A stretch of 64,000 bases of DNA from the IMG/VR virus record IMGVR_UViG_3300024339_000015; one strand, given 5' to 3'. The stretch's first letter is position 1; every line of letters begins with the position of its first letter. Below the pieces are notes generated by a model. The model was given only the letters and a program-made list of their open reading frames with translations, had not been told where the DNA came from and did not search any database. This document shows positions 10,521-19,499 of this stretch, piece by piece. The position numbers were made by a program, and so were the translations under genes. The DNA is from a virus.

Positions 10521-10593
10521 GGGGCTGTAGCTCAGTTGGGAGAGCACCTGATTTGCATTCAGGGGGTCGCAGGTTCGATCCCTGTCAGCTCCA
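10521..10593 (+). tRNA. tRNA-Ala(UGC)
   Basis: GGGGCTG/CAGCTCC acceptor with G3:U70, anticodon arm CCTGA-TTTGCAT-TCAGG, TTCGA T-loop; CCA not encoded. Confidence 0.97.
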
Positions 10594-10625
10594 CTATTTA
10601 CGTTACTTGACTAAAGCAGAAAAAG

Positions 10626-10652
10626 AAAGGTATAGAATATACCTTTTTTTTT
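10626..10652 (+). terminator. Intrinsic terminator
   Basis: AAAGGTATA-gaa-TATACCTTT followed by a T-run. Confidence 0.7.
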
Positions 10653-10662
10653 ACATCAAATT

Positions 10663-10674
10663 TGGTATAAGAAT
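10663..10674 (+). promoter_or_regulatory. TGGTATAAGAAT motif
   Basis: Repeated intergenic motif. Confidence 0.6.
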
Positions 10675-10709
10675 AGTACTAGGAAAGATTTAAATTACGA
10701 CAAGTAAAA

Positions 10710-10935
10710 GATTTGTTGTGTGCCTCACAGCTCAATGGTCGAGGGTCGGTATTCTAAGCTATGCTCGCACGTTCATGCACTTACCAAAGATAGTAGTATG
10801 AGTCGTCTTTAGTAGCTCACAACATCCTGGCACTATTGTGCCGAGTCTCCCATAGTTGGAAATCACAGAGTGGGAGTTTTAAAAGGCAAGATAATTATTT
10901 CATGCGCCTACATGATTTAAGTGTCTTGCCTTTAT
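10710..10935 (+). ncRNA. Candidate structured RNA or long leader, class unknown
   Basis: TGTTGTG/CACAACA long-range stem plus hairpins GGCAC/GTGCC, CTCCCA/TGGGAG, AAAGGCAAGA/TCTTGCCTTT; no ORF; follows a promoter motif. Confidence 0.5.
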
Positions 10936-10974
10936 AAGATTTAAAGTAACTAACCAGTAAAAGGGGAAAAAACA

Positions 10975-11121
10975 ATGCGAAAATCTAAAACCAGGAAGCA
11001 AACGAAAGCAAAGTTAAACTCTGATCTCAGTATAAACGGCAGGACTGCCGTTCAGGTAAAAAAGATTAGAGCTAAAAACCAAAAGAAAGGTTCTTTAAAA
11101 CCAACTTTTGGGAAACGATAA
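10975..11121 (+). CDS. Small, very basic protein (48 aa)
   Basis: AAGGGG RBS; MRKSKTRKQTKAKLNSDLSINGRT...; followed by a terminator. Confidence 0.65.
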   Translation: MRKSKTRKQTKAKLNSDLSINGRTAVQVKKIRAKNQKKGSLKPTFGKR

Positions 11122-11122
11122 G

Positions 11123-11145
11123 AAAAAGGGGTACGCCCTTTTTTT
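11123..11145 (+). terminator. Intrinsic terminator, possibly bidirectional
   Basis: AAAAAGGG-gtacg-CCCTTTTTTT between convergent genes. Confidence 0.75.
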
Positions 11146-11234
11146 ACTTTAAATATTTATTATAACTCGTCTAAAAACTTTGTCATCAGACACCACACAA
11201 TTACATACCCAACAGCAAGAAGAAGAAATCACAC

Positions 11235-11582
11235 CTACTTTAATTTTGTCGGAGTATGTCTAACATCTAACTCAGGCAAGGGCTTTTCTATAACCATATT
11301 TTTTATCTTACTGTTTTGTACTACTCTTTTATATCCGTGAGTTATTATTCCATCCTTTATTGTGTACACAAAAAACACAGTTTTCCACATACTAACCCTA
11401 ACTATCCGTCCAGGTTTCCCGTCTATTAGCACTACATCATCAACATTATAATCATTACCTAAAAATATCATAAGAGCATCTACCATGCTTTCAATGGTCC
11501 TGCGGAAAATCATAACAAAAAATGCTGCTGTAAAAACCCACCCGTATGCCCCCATTAGTCCTTCTATTACTTCTTGATCCAT
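11235..11582 (-). CDS. MscS-like (small mechanosensitive channel beta-domain) membrane protein
   Basis: N-terminal TM helix, then YNVDDVVLIDGKPGRIVRVSMWKT resembling the MscS Sm-like domain. Confidence 0.55.
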   Translation of the reverse strand: MDQEVIEGLMGAYGWVFTAAFFVMIFRRTIESMVDALMIFLGNDYNVDDVVLIDGKPGRIVRVSMWKTVFFVYTIKDGIITHGYKRVVQNSKIKNMVIEKPLPELDVRHTPTKLK

Positions 11583-11825
11583 ATCACCTCCTATTTTTTG
11601 TTTACGTATTGATTAAAAACAGTTCACACAATAATATTTAGTGAGCCAATAACCCCCACAAATCAATTAGTATAGGCACTTTGTGCAAATAAATGTATGT
11701 AATATAACCCTATTACGAGGTTAGTCCAAAGTAAAGCATTCTTCACATCTTTTTGCTGTTCTATATCTTTCATATTTTAGTATACAAGGTGCCAGTCACA
11801 ATGCCAACACTTAATTACTGAAATT

Positions 11826-11837
11826 TGGTATAAGAAT
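11826..11837 (+). promoter_or_regulatory. TGGTATAAGAAT motif
   Basis: Upstream of the kinase-HD pair. Confidence 0.6.
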
Positions 11838-11910
11838 GCTATGGTAGTACTTTCTACTGAAAAGTTATTTAAAGAGTAAATCTTAAAGAGTAAATCTTAA
11901 GGAGTAAACA

Positions 11911-12369
11911 ATGAAAACGCTTTTTTTAATAGGAGGCCCTCCAGGGTCAGGCAAAACGACTGCAGCGGAAATGCTGCAAAACCTAATTGGGTTAGAATCT
12001 GTAGTGATGGTTGCAGCAGACGACTATTTCGATTTGCATACAGAAGGTAAATTTGATCCAGCCTTGCTTGGGGACGCACACAAGTACTGTCGAGGTGTAG
12101 CAAGAGTTGCTATGCTTGAAGCAGTTCCCGCAGTGATTGTTCACAACACCTTCACCAGCTCCACCAAATACGGTACAAAACCTTACGAACTTCTCGCTGA
12201 GAATTTAGGCTATAACACCGTCTGCTTCATGACTGTAAACTTACATCAGTCTGAATCAGTGCATAACGTACCATCAGACACAGCTATTCGAATGGCTAAA
12301 GAGTGCGGACAATTTGTCACATCGAGAGGAAAAGCTCCTTACGAGGATGTCACTGAATATGGCGAATAA
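11911..12369 (+). CDS. P-loop kinase (AAA_33 / polynucleotide kinase-like)
   Basis: GGPPGSGKTT, AADDYF, VIVHNTF. Confidence 0.8.
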   Translation: MKTLFLIGGPPGSGKTTAAEMLQNLIGLESVVMVAADDYFDLHTEGKFDPALLGDAHKYCRGVARVAMLEAVPAVIVHNTFTSSTKYGTKPYELLAENLGYNTVCFMTVNLHQSESVHNVPSDTAIRMAKECGQFVTSRGKAPYEDVTEYGE

Positions 12370-12883
12370 AATAAAGCTACCATTAGGCATAATCGCTCTC
12401 TTACAGGATACCCCGTCCAAGGGTCCCTACCATCCCGAGGAAACTGTATTAGATCACATCCAGATAATGGCGGATAGATTTAGTAATTCGACACAAACGG
12501 TTAGAGCAAAACTAGGGTTAACGTGGGGCGATATAAAAGTAGTGGAGCAATCTATACTATATCACGACCTGGGTAAGATTGACACTGTAAAGTGGAACGA
12601 AAAAACCAATGGGTACAGCTTCTACGGACACGAACGATACTCATTAAATAGAATGAAAGATCTGAACGCTATTAATCCAATACCGCACTATGACAGAGTA
12701 CGATGGATCGTAAGTAACCACATTCGTATACATGCTCTAACAAAAGGACAAATGAAAAACCCGTTTAAAATAGATAAACTAAAATCAAACCCGGACTTCA
12801 AGTTATTAAATTGGTTCGAAAAACTTGATGACATGATTCTCAACTATGAGGACTGGGCCAATAGTTTAAAAGAAGAGTCTTAA
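12359..12883 (+). CDS. HD-domain phosphohydrolase
   Basis: HPEETVLDH...LYHDLGK...FYGHE; likely start is ATG 12359, overlapping the kinase. Confidence 0.8.
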   Translation: MANKIKLPLGIIALLQDTPSKGPYHPEETVLDHIQIMADRFSNSTQTVRAKLGLTWGDIKVVEQSILYHDLGKIDTVKWNEKTNGYSFYGHERYSLNRMKDLNAINPIPHYDRVRWIVSNHIRIHALTKGQMKNPFKIDKLKSNPDFKLLNWFEKLDDMILNYEDWANSLKEES

Positions 12884-12907
12884 TGGCTTTTCTTTTAAAT
12901 TAAAATT

Positions 12908-12919
12908 TGGTATAAGAAT
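12908..12919 (+). promoter_or_regulatory. TGGTATAAGAAT motif
   Basis: Upstream of the Ro60-like gene. Confidence 0.6.
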
Positions 12920-12993
12920 AACGCTGTAGAACAGTTTTACAGTCAATGCCTGGTTAGGTACTAAAAGATAAATAAACAAAAAGGAGATATTAA

Positions 12994-14430
12994 ATGTCAT
13001 TATTCACAACAACAAATAAAGGCGCAATGGCGCCGGACCACGAAAATCACGGATTAGAATACTTTTCTAAAGCCGGTAACGTCGGGCCAAAATCGAATCC
13101 ATATGCCAATAGAGAGTCAATCTCGACTTGGTTTAAAATGTTTTATCAAGACCCTATGAAAGCTATGAAGCTTTTATTTTGGGCAAGAGACCCACGAGGA
13201 GGTGCAGGGCATCGTCGTATATTCAAAGAGATCATCGAGCAGATGACTAAGACCCCAATTGGTCTTGATTGGTTACTTCCAAACATAAGCCTTATACCCG
13301 AGCACGGTCGGTGGGACGATCTATACTCTTTATACGGAACAAACGCAGAACTCACTGCGCTGAGCATGTTCCGCAACAATCTCGACAACGAGTTGTGTGC
13401 AAAGTGGGTAAAGCGAAAAGATTCCCGGTTACGGGAGTACATGTCCTTAGAAGAGGGAAGAGTAATCACTAACAAAGAATTTAGAAAGATTCTAGTTAGC
13501 AACTCTAATACAGTAGAACAATTAATGAGTGCAGGTAAGTATTCAGAAATAGACTACACAAGAGTCCCGGCTTTAGCAGGTATTAGGTATTTAAATGCTT
13601 TTCTTAAGCATGACAAAGAAAGGTTTTTAAACCATGTTAGGGAGCATGGGCTGAAAGCACAGGTAGCTTTCCCACATGAAGTAATGAGAATCCACAAGGC
13701 GGGTATAGACGCAGAACTTCAGCAAGTTCTTTTTGAGTCTCTCCCTAATTTCGTAAAAGAAGGAGAAAGGATACTGCCTGTAGTGGATGTTAGTGGGAGC
13801 ATGAACATGGAAGCATCCGGCAGCATAACCTGCATGGATGTATCTGTTTCTCTTGGAATGTACGTATCTGACAAGATACAAGGACATTTTAAAAGAAAGT
13901 ATCTAACTTTCTCTGCAAACCCAAAACTCGAAAATTGGGACAACCTAACTGTTGACAAAGCCATTGAATCAGTCAGATCATCGGATTGGGGGTTTAACAC
14001 AAACATTGAGAGAGCATTAGAGTCGATACTGGACCAAGCAAAAATGTTTAATGTTCAACAGGCCCAAATGCCTACGATACTACTCATCCTCAGTGACATG
14101 CAGTTCGACGAAAGTCAGGGGCATATACCCACAGGTACAGCACAGACCGTTATTGAAGCCGCACTTTTGAGGTGGAGAGAAGCGGGGTACAGATCTCCTG
14201 CGATAGTTTTCTGGAATCTTGCTAAGAACTCAGGGCAACCTTCGGGAAGTGCAACAAACGTTGCTTATATCTCTGGTTTTTCACCTGCAATTTTAGAGGC
14301 AACTCTAGGGTGCGTAGAAAGAGATGATGATGGGACAGTAAAGAAACTGGACCCAAATGCAGTGCTTGAAAAAAGCATTGAGAAGTATGAAGTTAAAGTA
14401 CCGAAAGGGTATGAAAAGTTCAACTTCTAA
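12994..14430 (+). CDS. Ro60/TROVE-like vWA protein (DUF2828-type)
   Basis: FWARDPRGGAGHRR, HGRWDDL, MIDAS VVDVSGSM, ILSDMQFD, IVFWNL, SGFSP. Confidence 0.85.
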   Translation: MSLFTTTNKGAMAPDHENHGLEYFSKAGNVGPKSNPYANRESISTWFKMFYQDPMKAMKLLFWARDPRGGAGHRRIFKEIIEQMTKTPIGLDWLLPNISLIPEHGRWDDLYSLYGTNAELTALSMFRNNLDNELCAKWVKRKDSRLREYMSLEEGRVITNKEFRKILVSNSNTVEQLMSAGKYSEIDYTRVPALAGIRYLNAFLKHDKERFLNHVREHGLKAQVAFPHEVMRIHKAGIDAELQQVLFESLPNFVKEGERILPVVDVSGSMNMEASGSITCMDVSVSLGMYVSDKIQGHFKRKYLTFSANPKLENWDNLTVDKAIESVRSSDWGFNTNIERALESILDQAKMFNVQQAQMPTILLILSDMQFDESQGHIPTGTAQTVIEAALLRWREAGYRSPAIVFWNLAKNSGQPSGSATNVAYISGFSPAILEATLGCVERDDDGTVKKLDPNAVLEKSIEKYEVKVPKGYEKFNF

Positions 14431-14440
14431 AGTGTTTCAA

Positions 14441-14470
14441 AGTAGGGGGAGTCATTTGGTTCTCCCTACT
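14441..14470 (+). terminator. Stem-loop after the Ro60-like gene
   Basis: AGTAGGGGGA/TCTCCCTACT. Confidence 0.5.
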
Positions 14471-14501
14471 AAACTGTTTTATAAAATTTTTATATAATCT
14501 T

Positions 14502-14513
14502 TGGTATAAGAAT
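14502..14513 (+). promoter_or_regulatory. TGGTATAAGAAT motif
   Basis: Directly upstream of a non-coding structured region. Confidence 0.6.
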
Positions 14514-14518
14514 AATAT

Positions 14519-14730
14519 GATTTAGGAATTACTTCCCAAATCTAAGCCCCTTTCAGCATATAAAACATATAAATAAGAGGGATGTTAAATGGTTAGGGGT
14601 CCGAAAGGATTAATCATTTAGCAGTTACCAACCTTCAGAGTTTAACTCCTTTACTCTGAATCTGCTTTCAGCATAAATAATCTAATACAATAAGATACTG
14701 CAGCCCGACAGGGAAAGGTTGGTACCCACA
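14519..14730 (+). ncRNA. Candidate structured ncRNA with duplicated CTTTCAGCATA motif
   Basis: Several hairpins including a GAAA tetraloop; ACCAACCTT(14627)/AAGGTTGGT(14715) closing stem; motif at 14550 and 14665; bracketed by promoter motifs. Confidence 0.6.
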
Positions 14731-14764
14731 AAATAAAGATTTCTCTTTATTTTTATCTTAAAAA

Positions 14765-14775
14765 TGGTATAAGAA
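14765..14775 (+). promoter_or_regulatory. TGGTATAAGAA motif
   Basis: Upstream of the long early operon. Confidence 0.6.
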
Positions 14776-14831
14776 AAACGGGAATAAAGCTTTAAAAGTA
14801 ATAAAAATTAAATAAGAAAACGGAGGTTAAT

Positions 14832-15062
14832 ATGGCTGATTACTGTAAGCAATGCTCTAATGATTGGGGGTTTCCAAACGGTTTATCAGGGCTAACCCAG
14901 AAAGGAGAAGGCTACCCAATTGTAATTTGTGAGGGGTGTGGAGTAATACAAGTAGACAACGAAGGTATTTGCGTATCATCGGATTGTGAAAGAAAACATG
15001 CTCTACCGTTAGATAAAGATACTAAATATACAGATAAATTTTTTAATAGAAATCAGGAATAA
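14832..15062 (+). CDS. Small Cys-rich hypothetical protein
   Basis: CxxC pairs; GGAGG RBS. Confidence 0.75.
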   Translation: MADYCKQCSNDWGFPNGLSGLTQKGEGYPIVICEGCGVIQVDNEGICVSSDCERKHALPLDKDTKYTDKFFNRNQE

Positions 15063-15064
15063 AT

Positions 15065-15487
15065 ATGTCAATACAAAATTCCAAAGATACACCCAGCCAT
15101 TATTTTTCTAAGTCTAAAGCAATTTTTATGGAAATATCTAGTATGAACACTAAACATATAGAAAATGCTGTTAAAAAGTTAACCTACACTGACTCAGACG
15201 GCGACAGTGTAATGTACGACAAACGACTTGAAAACATGAAAAAAGAGCTTGATAAAAGATACAAACAGAAGCGAATAAATAAGTTGCGAGAAGGGATGGT
15301 CGGGTATTGGATAGGAAGTGATAATAAATTGTCATTTGTCCAAGACTTAGCTGATGAACATGTGCTAGCTATATTAAATAAATACCTGGAAGCTAGAACA
15401 TTTACAACGAACAGTGACAGAAGCATGCCTAATAAATATTATGAAATTAAAATTGAAACTTTAAGAAGAGGGCTAATTGACAGATGA
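15065..15487 (+). CDS. Hypothetical protein
   Basis: ORF track; ends at an ATGA overlap. Confidence 0.7.
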   Translation: MSIQNSKDTPSHYFSKSKAIFMEISSMNTKHIENAVKKLTYTDSDGDSVMYDKRLENMKKELDKRYKQKRINKLREGMVGYWIGSDNKLSFVQDLADEHVLAILNKYLEARTFTTNSDRSMPNKYYEIKIETLRRGLIDR

Positions 15488-16019
15488 AGATTAATGCATT
15501 AGAAATGGGCACAAAGAAGTCCTCTCAGGTTATACCTGTAATAAATGATTTGATAAAAGAAATAGAGGATTTAATGGAAATATCTAGTATGAACACTAAA
15601 CATATAGAAAATGCTGTTAAAAAGTTAACCTACACTGACTCAGACGGCGACAGTGTAATGTACGACAAACGACTTGAAAACATGAAAAAAGAGCTTGATA
15701 AAAGATACAAACAGAAGCGAATAAATAAGTTGCGAGAAGGGATGGTCGGGTATTGGATAGGAAGTGATAATAAATTGTCATTTGTCCAAGACTTAGCTGA
15801 TGAACATGTGCTAGCTATATTAAATAAATACCTGGAAGCTAGAACATTTACAACGAACAGTGACAGAAGCATGCCTAATAAATATTATGAAATTAAAATT
15901 GAAGCTTTAAGAAGAGGGCTAATTGACAGATGAAGATTAATGCATTAGAAATGGGCACAAAGAAGTCCTCTCAGGTTATACCTGTAATAAATGATTTGAT
16001 AAAAGAAATAGAGGATTTA
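15128..16019. repeat. Tandem duplication, 2 x 446 bp, one substitution seen
   Basis: Copies 15128-15573 and 15574-16019; GAAACT vs GAAGCT (ETLRR vs EALRR). Confidence 0.95.
15484..15933 (+). CDS. Chimeric ORF created by the duplication
   Basis: First 30 aa equal those of 15930..16133; remainder matches the 15065..15487 body. Confidence 0.6.
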   Translation: MKINALEMGTKKSSQVIPVINDLIKEIEDLMEISSMNTKHIENAVKKLTYTDSDGDSVMYDKRLENMKKELDKRYKQKRINKLREGMVGYWIGSDNKLSFVQDLADEHVLAILNKYLEARTFTTNSDRSMPNKYYEIKIEALRRGLIDR

Positions 16020-16133
16020 AAAGAAATAATAAAGGACCACATGGACTATACCGGATACTTTGAAGACCATGGTATTGCTTTAAGAGAGAATATGTGGGAA
16101 CATAACGATAAAAAAATAAAAGTAGTAGTATGA
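15930..16133 (+). CDS. Hypothetical protein
   Basis: ORF track; ATGA overlaps at both ends. Confidence 0.65.
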   Translation: MKINALEMGTKKSSQVIPVINDLIKEIEDLKEIIKDHMDYTGYFEDHGIALRENMWEHNDKKIKVVV

Positions 16134-17032
16134 GCCAATTCACAAGATATCAACACATAGAAAAGTATCAAACTATGGAAGTAGAAGGAATAGAGCTTGG
16201 TAAAGTCTACGTCTTTCCAAAAATAGATGGGACCAACGCATCTGTTTGGTTAGATGACGATGACATCACCATCAAAGCTGGCTCTCGTAATAGAGAATTA
16301 ACCTTTGATAATGATAATGCTGGGTTTTTCAAAGCAATTAGAAGTGACTATGATAATATTCATCACTATTTATACGAGCATCCAACACACATATTATACG
16401 GCGAATGGTTAGTCAAACACACATTACAAACATATGAAGAAAATGCTTGGCGCAAGTTTTATGTATTTGATGTTATGGTAAATGACATGTACGTAAATTA
16501 CGATACTTACAAAGAATGGTTGGAAGAGTTTAGTATAGACTACATTCCTGCTATTTGTTCTATTGCAAACGGGGCTTCAGATAAATTCCACTACCAACTT
16601 GAAAACTCTAACTACTTAGTTAAGGACGGAGAAGGTTTGGGTGAAGGCGTGGTACTAAAGAATTATGACTTTGTAAATAAGTTTGGACGAACAACATGGG
16701 CTAAAATCGTTAGATCAGACTTTAAAGCAAGTTTCCATAAAATAATGGGGCACCCTGAAATGAAGGGCAAAGACACCACAGAAATAAAGATAGCTGAACA
16801 GTATATTACGTCACATTTAGTTGAAAAAGAGTTTGCTAAAATAGTGAATAAAAACGACGGGTGGTCTAGTAAATTCATACCTCAGCTACTCGAAACAGTT
16901 TTTTATAGTTTGATTACTGAAGAAATGAATGATATATTAAAGAAGTATAAGAATCCAACTATTAATTTTGGAACTCTTAGAAATTTTGTTATACACCAAA
17001 TCAAACTAAAAAAACATGAGATATTTAGTTAA
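16130..17032 (+). CDS. RNA ligase (Rnl2-like nucleotidyltransferase)
   Basis: Motif I PKIDGTN, LYGEW, FYVFDV, EGVVLKN, AKIV. Confidence 0.85.
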   Translation: MSQFTRYQHIEKYQTMEVEGIELGKVYVFPKIDGTNASVWLDDDDITIKAGSRNRELTFDNDNAGFFKAIRSDYDNIHHYLYEHPTHILYGEWLVKHTLQTYEENAWRKFYVFDVMVNDMYVNYDTYKEWLEEFSIDYIPAICSIANGASDKFHYQLENSNYLVKDGEGLGEGVVLKNYDFVNKFGRTTWAKIVRSDFKASFHKIMGHPEMKGKDTTEIKIAEQYITSHLVEKEFAKIVNKNDGWSSKFIPQLLETVFYSLITEEMNDILKKYKNPTINFGTLRNFVIHQIKLKKHEIFS

Positions 17033-17041
17033 AGTACTTTC

Positions 17042-17133
17042 AAACTTACCGTGGTTAATATTCGTTATTATCTGGAATTTTAAATTTCCAGAAGCTACCC
17101 CCCCCATAGCTGACATATTGGCTACGGTTTGTT
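17042..17133 (+). other. Intergenic three-way-junction-like structure
   Basis: ACCGTGGTT/GGCTACGGT enclosing TCTGGAA/TTCCAGA and AGCTA/TAGCT. Confidence 0.45.
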
Positions 17134-17178
17134 TGTTTTTATTTAATAGAAGTTATACACAAAGATTCGAGGACAACT

Positions 17179-17520
17179 ATGCAAAGTAAAGATGCACTAA
17201 AAAAAATAGGATTAGATGCTTACACAGAACTAGGAAAATCACACAAAGCATTAGAAGAATACATTGATAAGTTAGGGACTACTGTAAAAAACGGGAGGCT
17301 AACAGATAAAGATTGGGTGTTATTAGTTAGAAAAATGGTGGACCTTGTACACAAACACCCTGAGCTAAGGATTGGGCAAGCTTATATGAATGCCTTATGT
17401 GAAGTAGAGCCTGCTTTGTATACGTGTATAACGGGTACAGATGCAGACTGTTTTTATTTAGACAGTAATTTGCACAAATTCATGAAATATTTAAATGGAG
17501 AAAAAGCTGATGAAAATTAA
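17179..17520 (+). CDS. Hypothetical protein
   Basis: ORF track, GAGG RBS. Confidence 0.7.
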   Translation: MQSKDALKKIGLDAYTELGKSHKALEEYIDKLGTTVKNGRLTDKDWVLLVRKMVDLVHKHPELRIGQAYMNALCEVEPALYTCITGTDADCFYLDSNLHKFMKYLNGEKADEN

Positions 17521-17701
17521 AATACCAGAAAACTACGATGTAACTATAAGAGATGGTTATTTGCAAGTGGTAGAAATTAAACAATGTAAAGATGGGGTTA
17601 TCAGAGTTGAAAAACTTGTATACTCTGATGATTATCCCGCGCTAAAATTGAACCGAACGAAAACACTGTAATTCAAAATTATGAATTAAAGGAGAAATAA
17701 A

Positions 17702-17959
17702 ATGAAATACGAACAATTAACAGAAAAGTACGGAACAGACAAAATAGAAGATGTCCCAGTAGAAACGTATAGTCAGTATGAAAAATCAAAAATGAGCACA
17801 ATGAAATTAAAACTACATAGTGCAAAATTGGGAGATTTTATCAAAGATTATATCGAACACACTAATATTTCTAAATGGAGACGTAGTTTTGATTGGGATA
17901 TCGTAGAAGAACAAATTCGCAAACATTTAAACCAAGCTACAGTTCAATGGCATCAATAG
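17702..17959 (+). CDS. Hypothetical protein
   Basis: ORF track, AAGGAG RBS. Confidence 0.7.
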   Translation: MKYEQLTEKYGTDKIEDVPVETYSQYEKSKMSTMKLKLHSAKLGDFIKDYIEHTNISKWRRSFDWDIVEEQIRKHLNQATVQWHQ

Positions 17960-17968
17960 GAAAATAGG

Positions 17969-18265
17969 ATGAAAAATACTAAAGATATACCAAAAGGTTT
18001 TTATTGCTATGATAAGAATGGACATTGTACTCATTATGCTATACTTCCAGATTTACCAGAACAAGCAAATGGTTTTTGCTCTTTTATGGGAAAATCAGAT
18101 CAAGACTTAAATAAGGAATATGCTAAAACTGTAAGAATTAAAAAATCAAAAGATAAGAGCGTAGAAGGGGAGCTAGTAGTTGATGTATATGGCAAGCCTT
18201 TTGAGTTTTCACTGCTCTGGGACCAAGTTAAAGAGTGTGGTGAAAATATGGTAGAAACAGAATGA
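17969..18265 (+). CDS. Hypothetical protein
   Basis: ORF track; TGA stop in an ATGA overlap. Confidence 0.7.
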   Translation: MKNTKDIPKGFYCYDKNGHCTHYAILPDLPEQANGFCSFMGKSDQDLNKEYAKTVRIKKSKDKSVEGELVVDVYGKPFEFSLLWDQVKECGENMVETE

Positions 18266-18486
18266 AAGATGGTATAAGAGCTGAGAATAAACAAAGCGCA
18301 ATACTTAAGTATAATAGTGGTCATGGGGCTATACTTTGTTCTACGTGTAATATTATTGTTAAAGAAGGGCACTACACTTTTACAGAGGCGGAACAAGATG
18401 CTTTTTTTAATAATGGTAACTTAGATCCATACTATTGCGACAAATGCAAACAAAAAATAATGGAGAATACTAATGAAACAATTTAA
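18262..18486 (+). CDS. Hypothetical zinc-ribbon protein
   Basis: CSTC...CDKC. Confidence 0.7.
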   Translation: MKDGIRAENKQSAILKYNSGHGAILCSTCNIIVKEGHYTFTEAEQDAFFNNGNLDPYYCDKCKQKIMENTNETI

Positions 18487-18886
18487 TAATTTATTTAAAA
18501 TATTAGAAAATACAGGTGAACACTTTCATAGGACTATATGTGGTCTGATAGGCGGGTACTGCGAAGACCGCTTTACTTTACAAGAAATAAAACCTGTTAT
18601 TGATCATATTGTGGAAAAGGATTTAATTACATGGAGTATCGAAAATGAAGATAATGATGGAGAAGATACGATTGATTATTTTATTGCTATAGATAATGAA
18701 AATGGAAATGAATTTTATTCATTTTTAGATATTTACCATGAACTGTATTCCGTACCTACTGCGGTCCTCGGCATGGCTAATCCTTGTGAGAATTATTTCA
18801 TTTTGGAAAATTTTGATAATAAAGAAGTTATAGAGCTGTTTCTTAGAAAAGTAGGAATAGAACTTGGAGAAGGAGAAGAAGAATGA
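18473..18886 (+). CDS. Hypothetical acidic protein
   Basis: ORF track; TGA stop in an ATGA overlap. Confidence 0.7.
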   Translation: MKQFNNLFKILENTGEHFHRTICGLIGGYCEDRFTLQEIKPVIDHIVEKDLITWSIENEDNDGEDTIDYFIAIDNENGNEFYSFLDIYHELYSVPTAVLGMANPCENYFILENFDNKEVIELFLRKVGIELGEGEEE

Positions 18887-19028
18887 AAAGAACGTGGACA
18901 GGAGAACATAAAACATTTAAGTCTAAAAAAGAAAAGGACACACAACTTGAGTGGCTATTATTTAAAACAGCCTTAGGATTTTTAATAGCCACGGCGTATA
19001 TGTATTACATAATATTAGGAGGTCCGTC

Positions 19029-19499
19029 ATGAACAAAAATTTAGACAAACAATTGATAGAAAAATATCCGAAAATATTTAGGGATAGATACGCAGACTTA
19101 AAAGAAACAGCAATGTGCTGGGGCTTCGAGTGTGACGATGGTTGGAATTGGCTGATAGACAGTCTTTGTGAGTCTGTACAAAGTTACATAGATAGTAATA
19201 ATGTGTCACAGTTCGTTGCTACACAAGTAAAAGAAAAGTTTGGTACATTACGGTTTTATGGCGATGGGGGCGACGAGCTTATAGACGGGATGACATGGCT
19301 AGCAGAACACCAGTCAGAGACTATATGTGAAAAATGTGGAGAATCTGGCCGTCTACAAGTAAGCGGTGGAAACCCGAATGGGTGGATGAAGACACTTTGC
19401 AAATATTGTGCTTATGCCTTGGAGTACAAAGATTATCCTTCTACGGAAGAGATAGAAAAGTTTAATAAAGAGCAGGAGACTAAAAGAAATGAGTTATAG
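19029..19499 (+). CDS. Phage hypothetical protein (QVKEKFGTLRFY, CxxC)
   Basis: ORF track, GGAGG RBS. Confidence 0.75.
   Translation: MNKNLDKQLIEKYPKIFRDRYADLKETAMCWGFECDDGWNWLIDSLCESVQSYIDSNNVSQFVATQVKEKFGTLRFYGDGGDELIDGMTWLAEHQSETICEKCGESGRLQVSGGNPNGWMKTLCKYCAYALEYKDYPSTEEIEKFNKEQETKRNEL

Noticed and set aside
18270-18280. TGGTATAAGAG as another promoter copy
   Set aside because: Imperfect, and it lies inside the first codons of a coupled gene.
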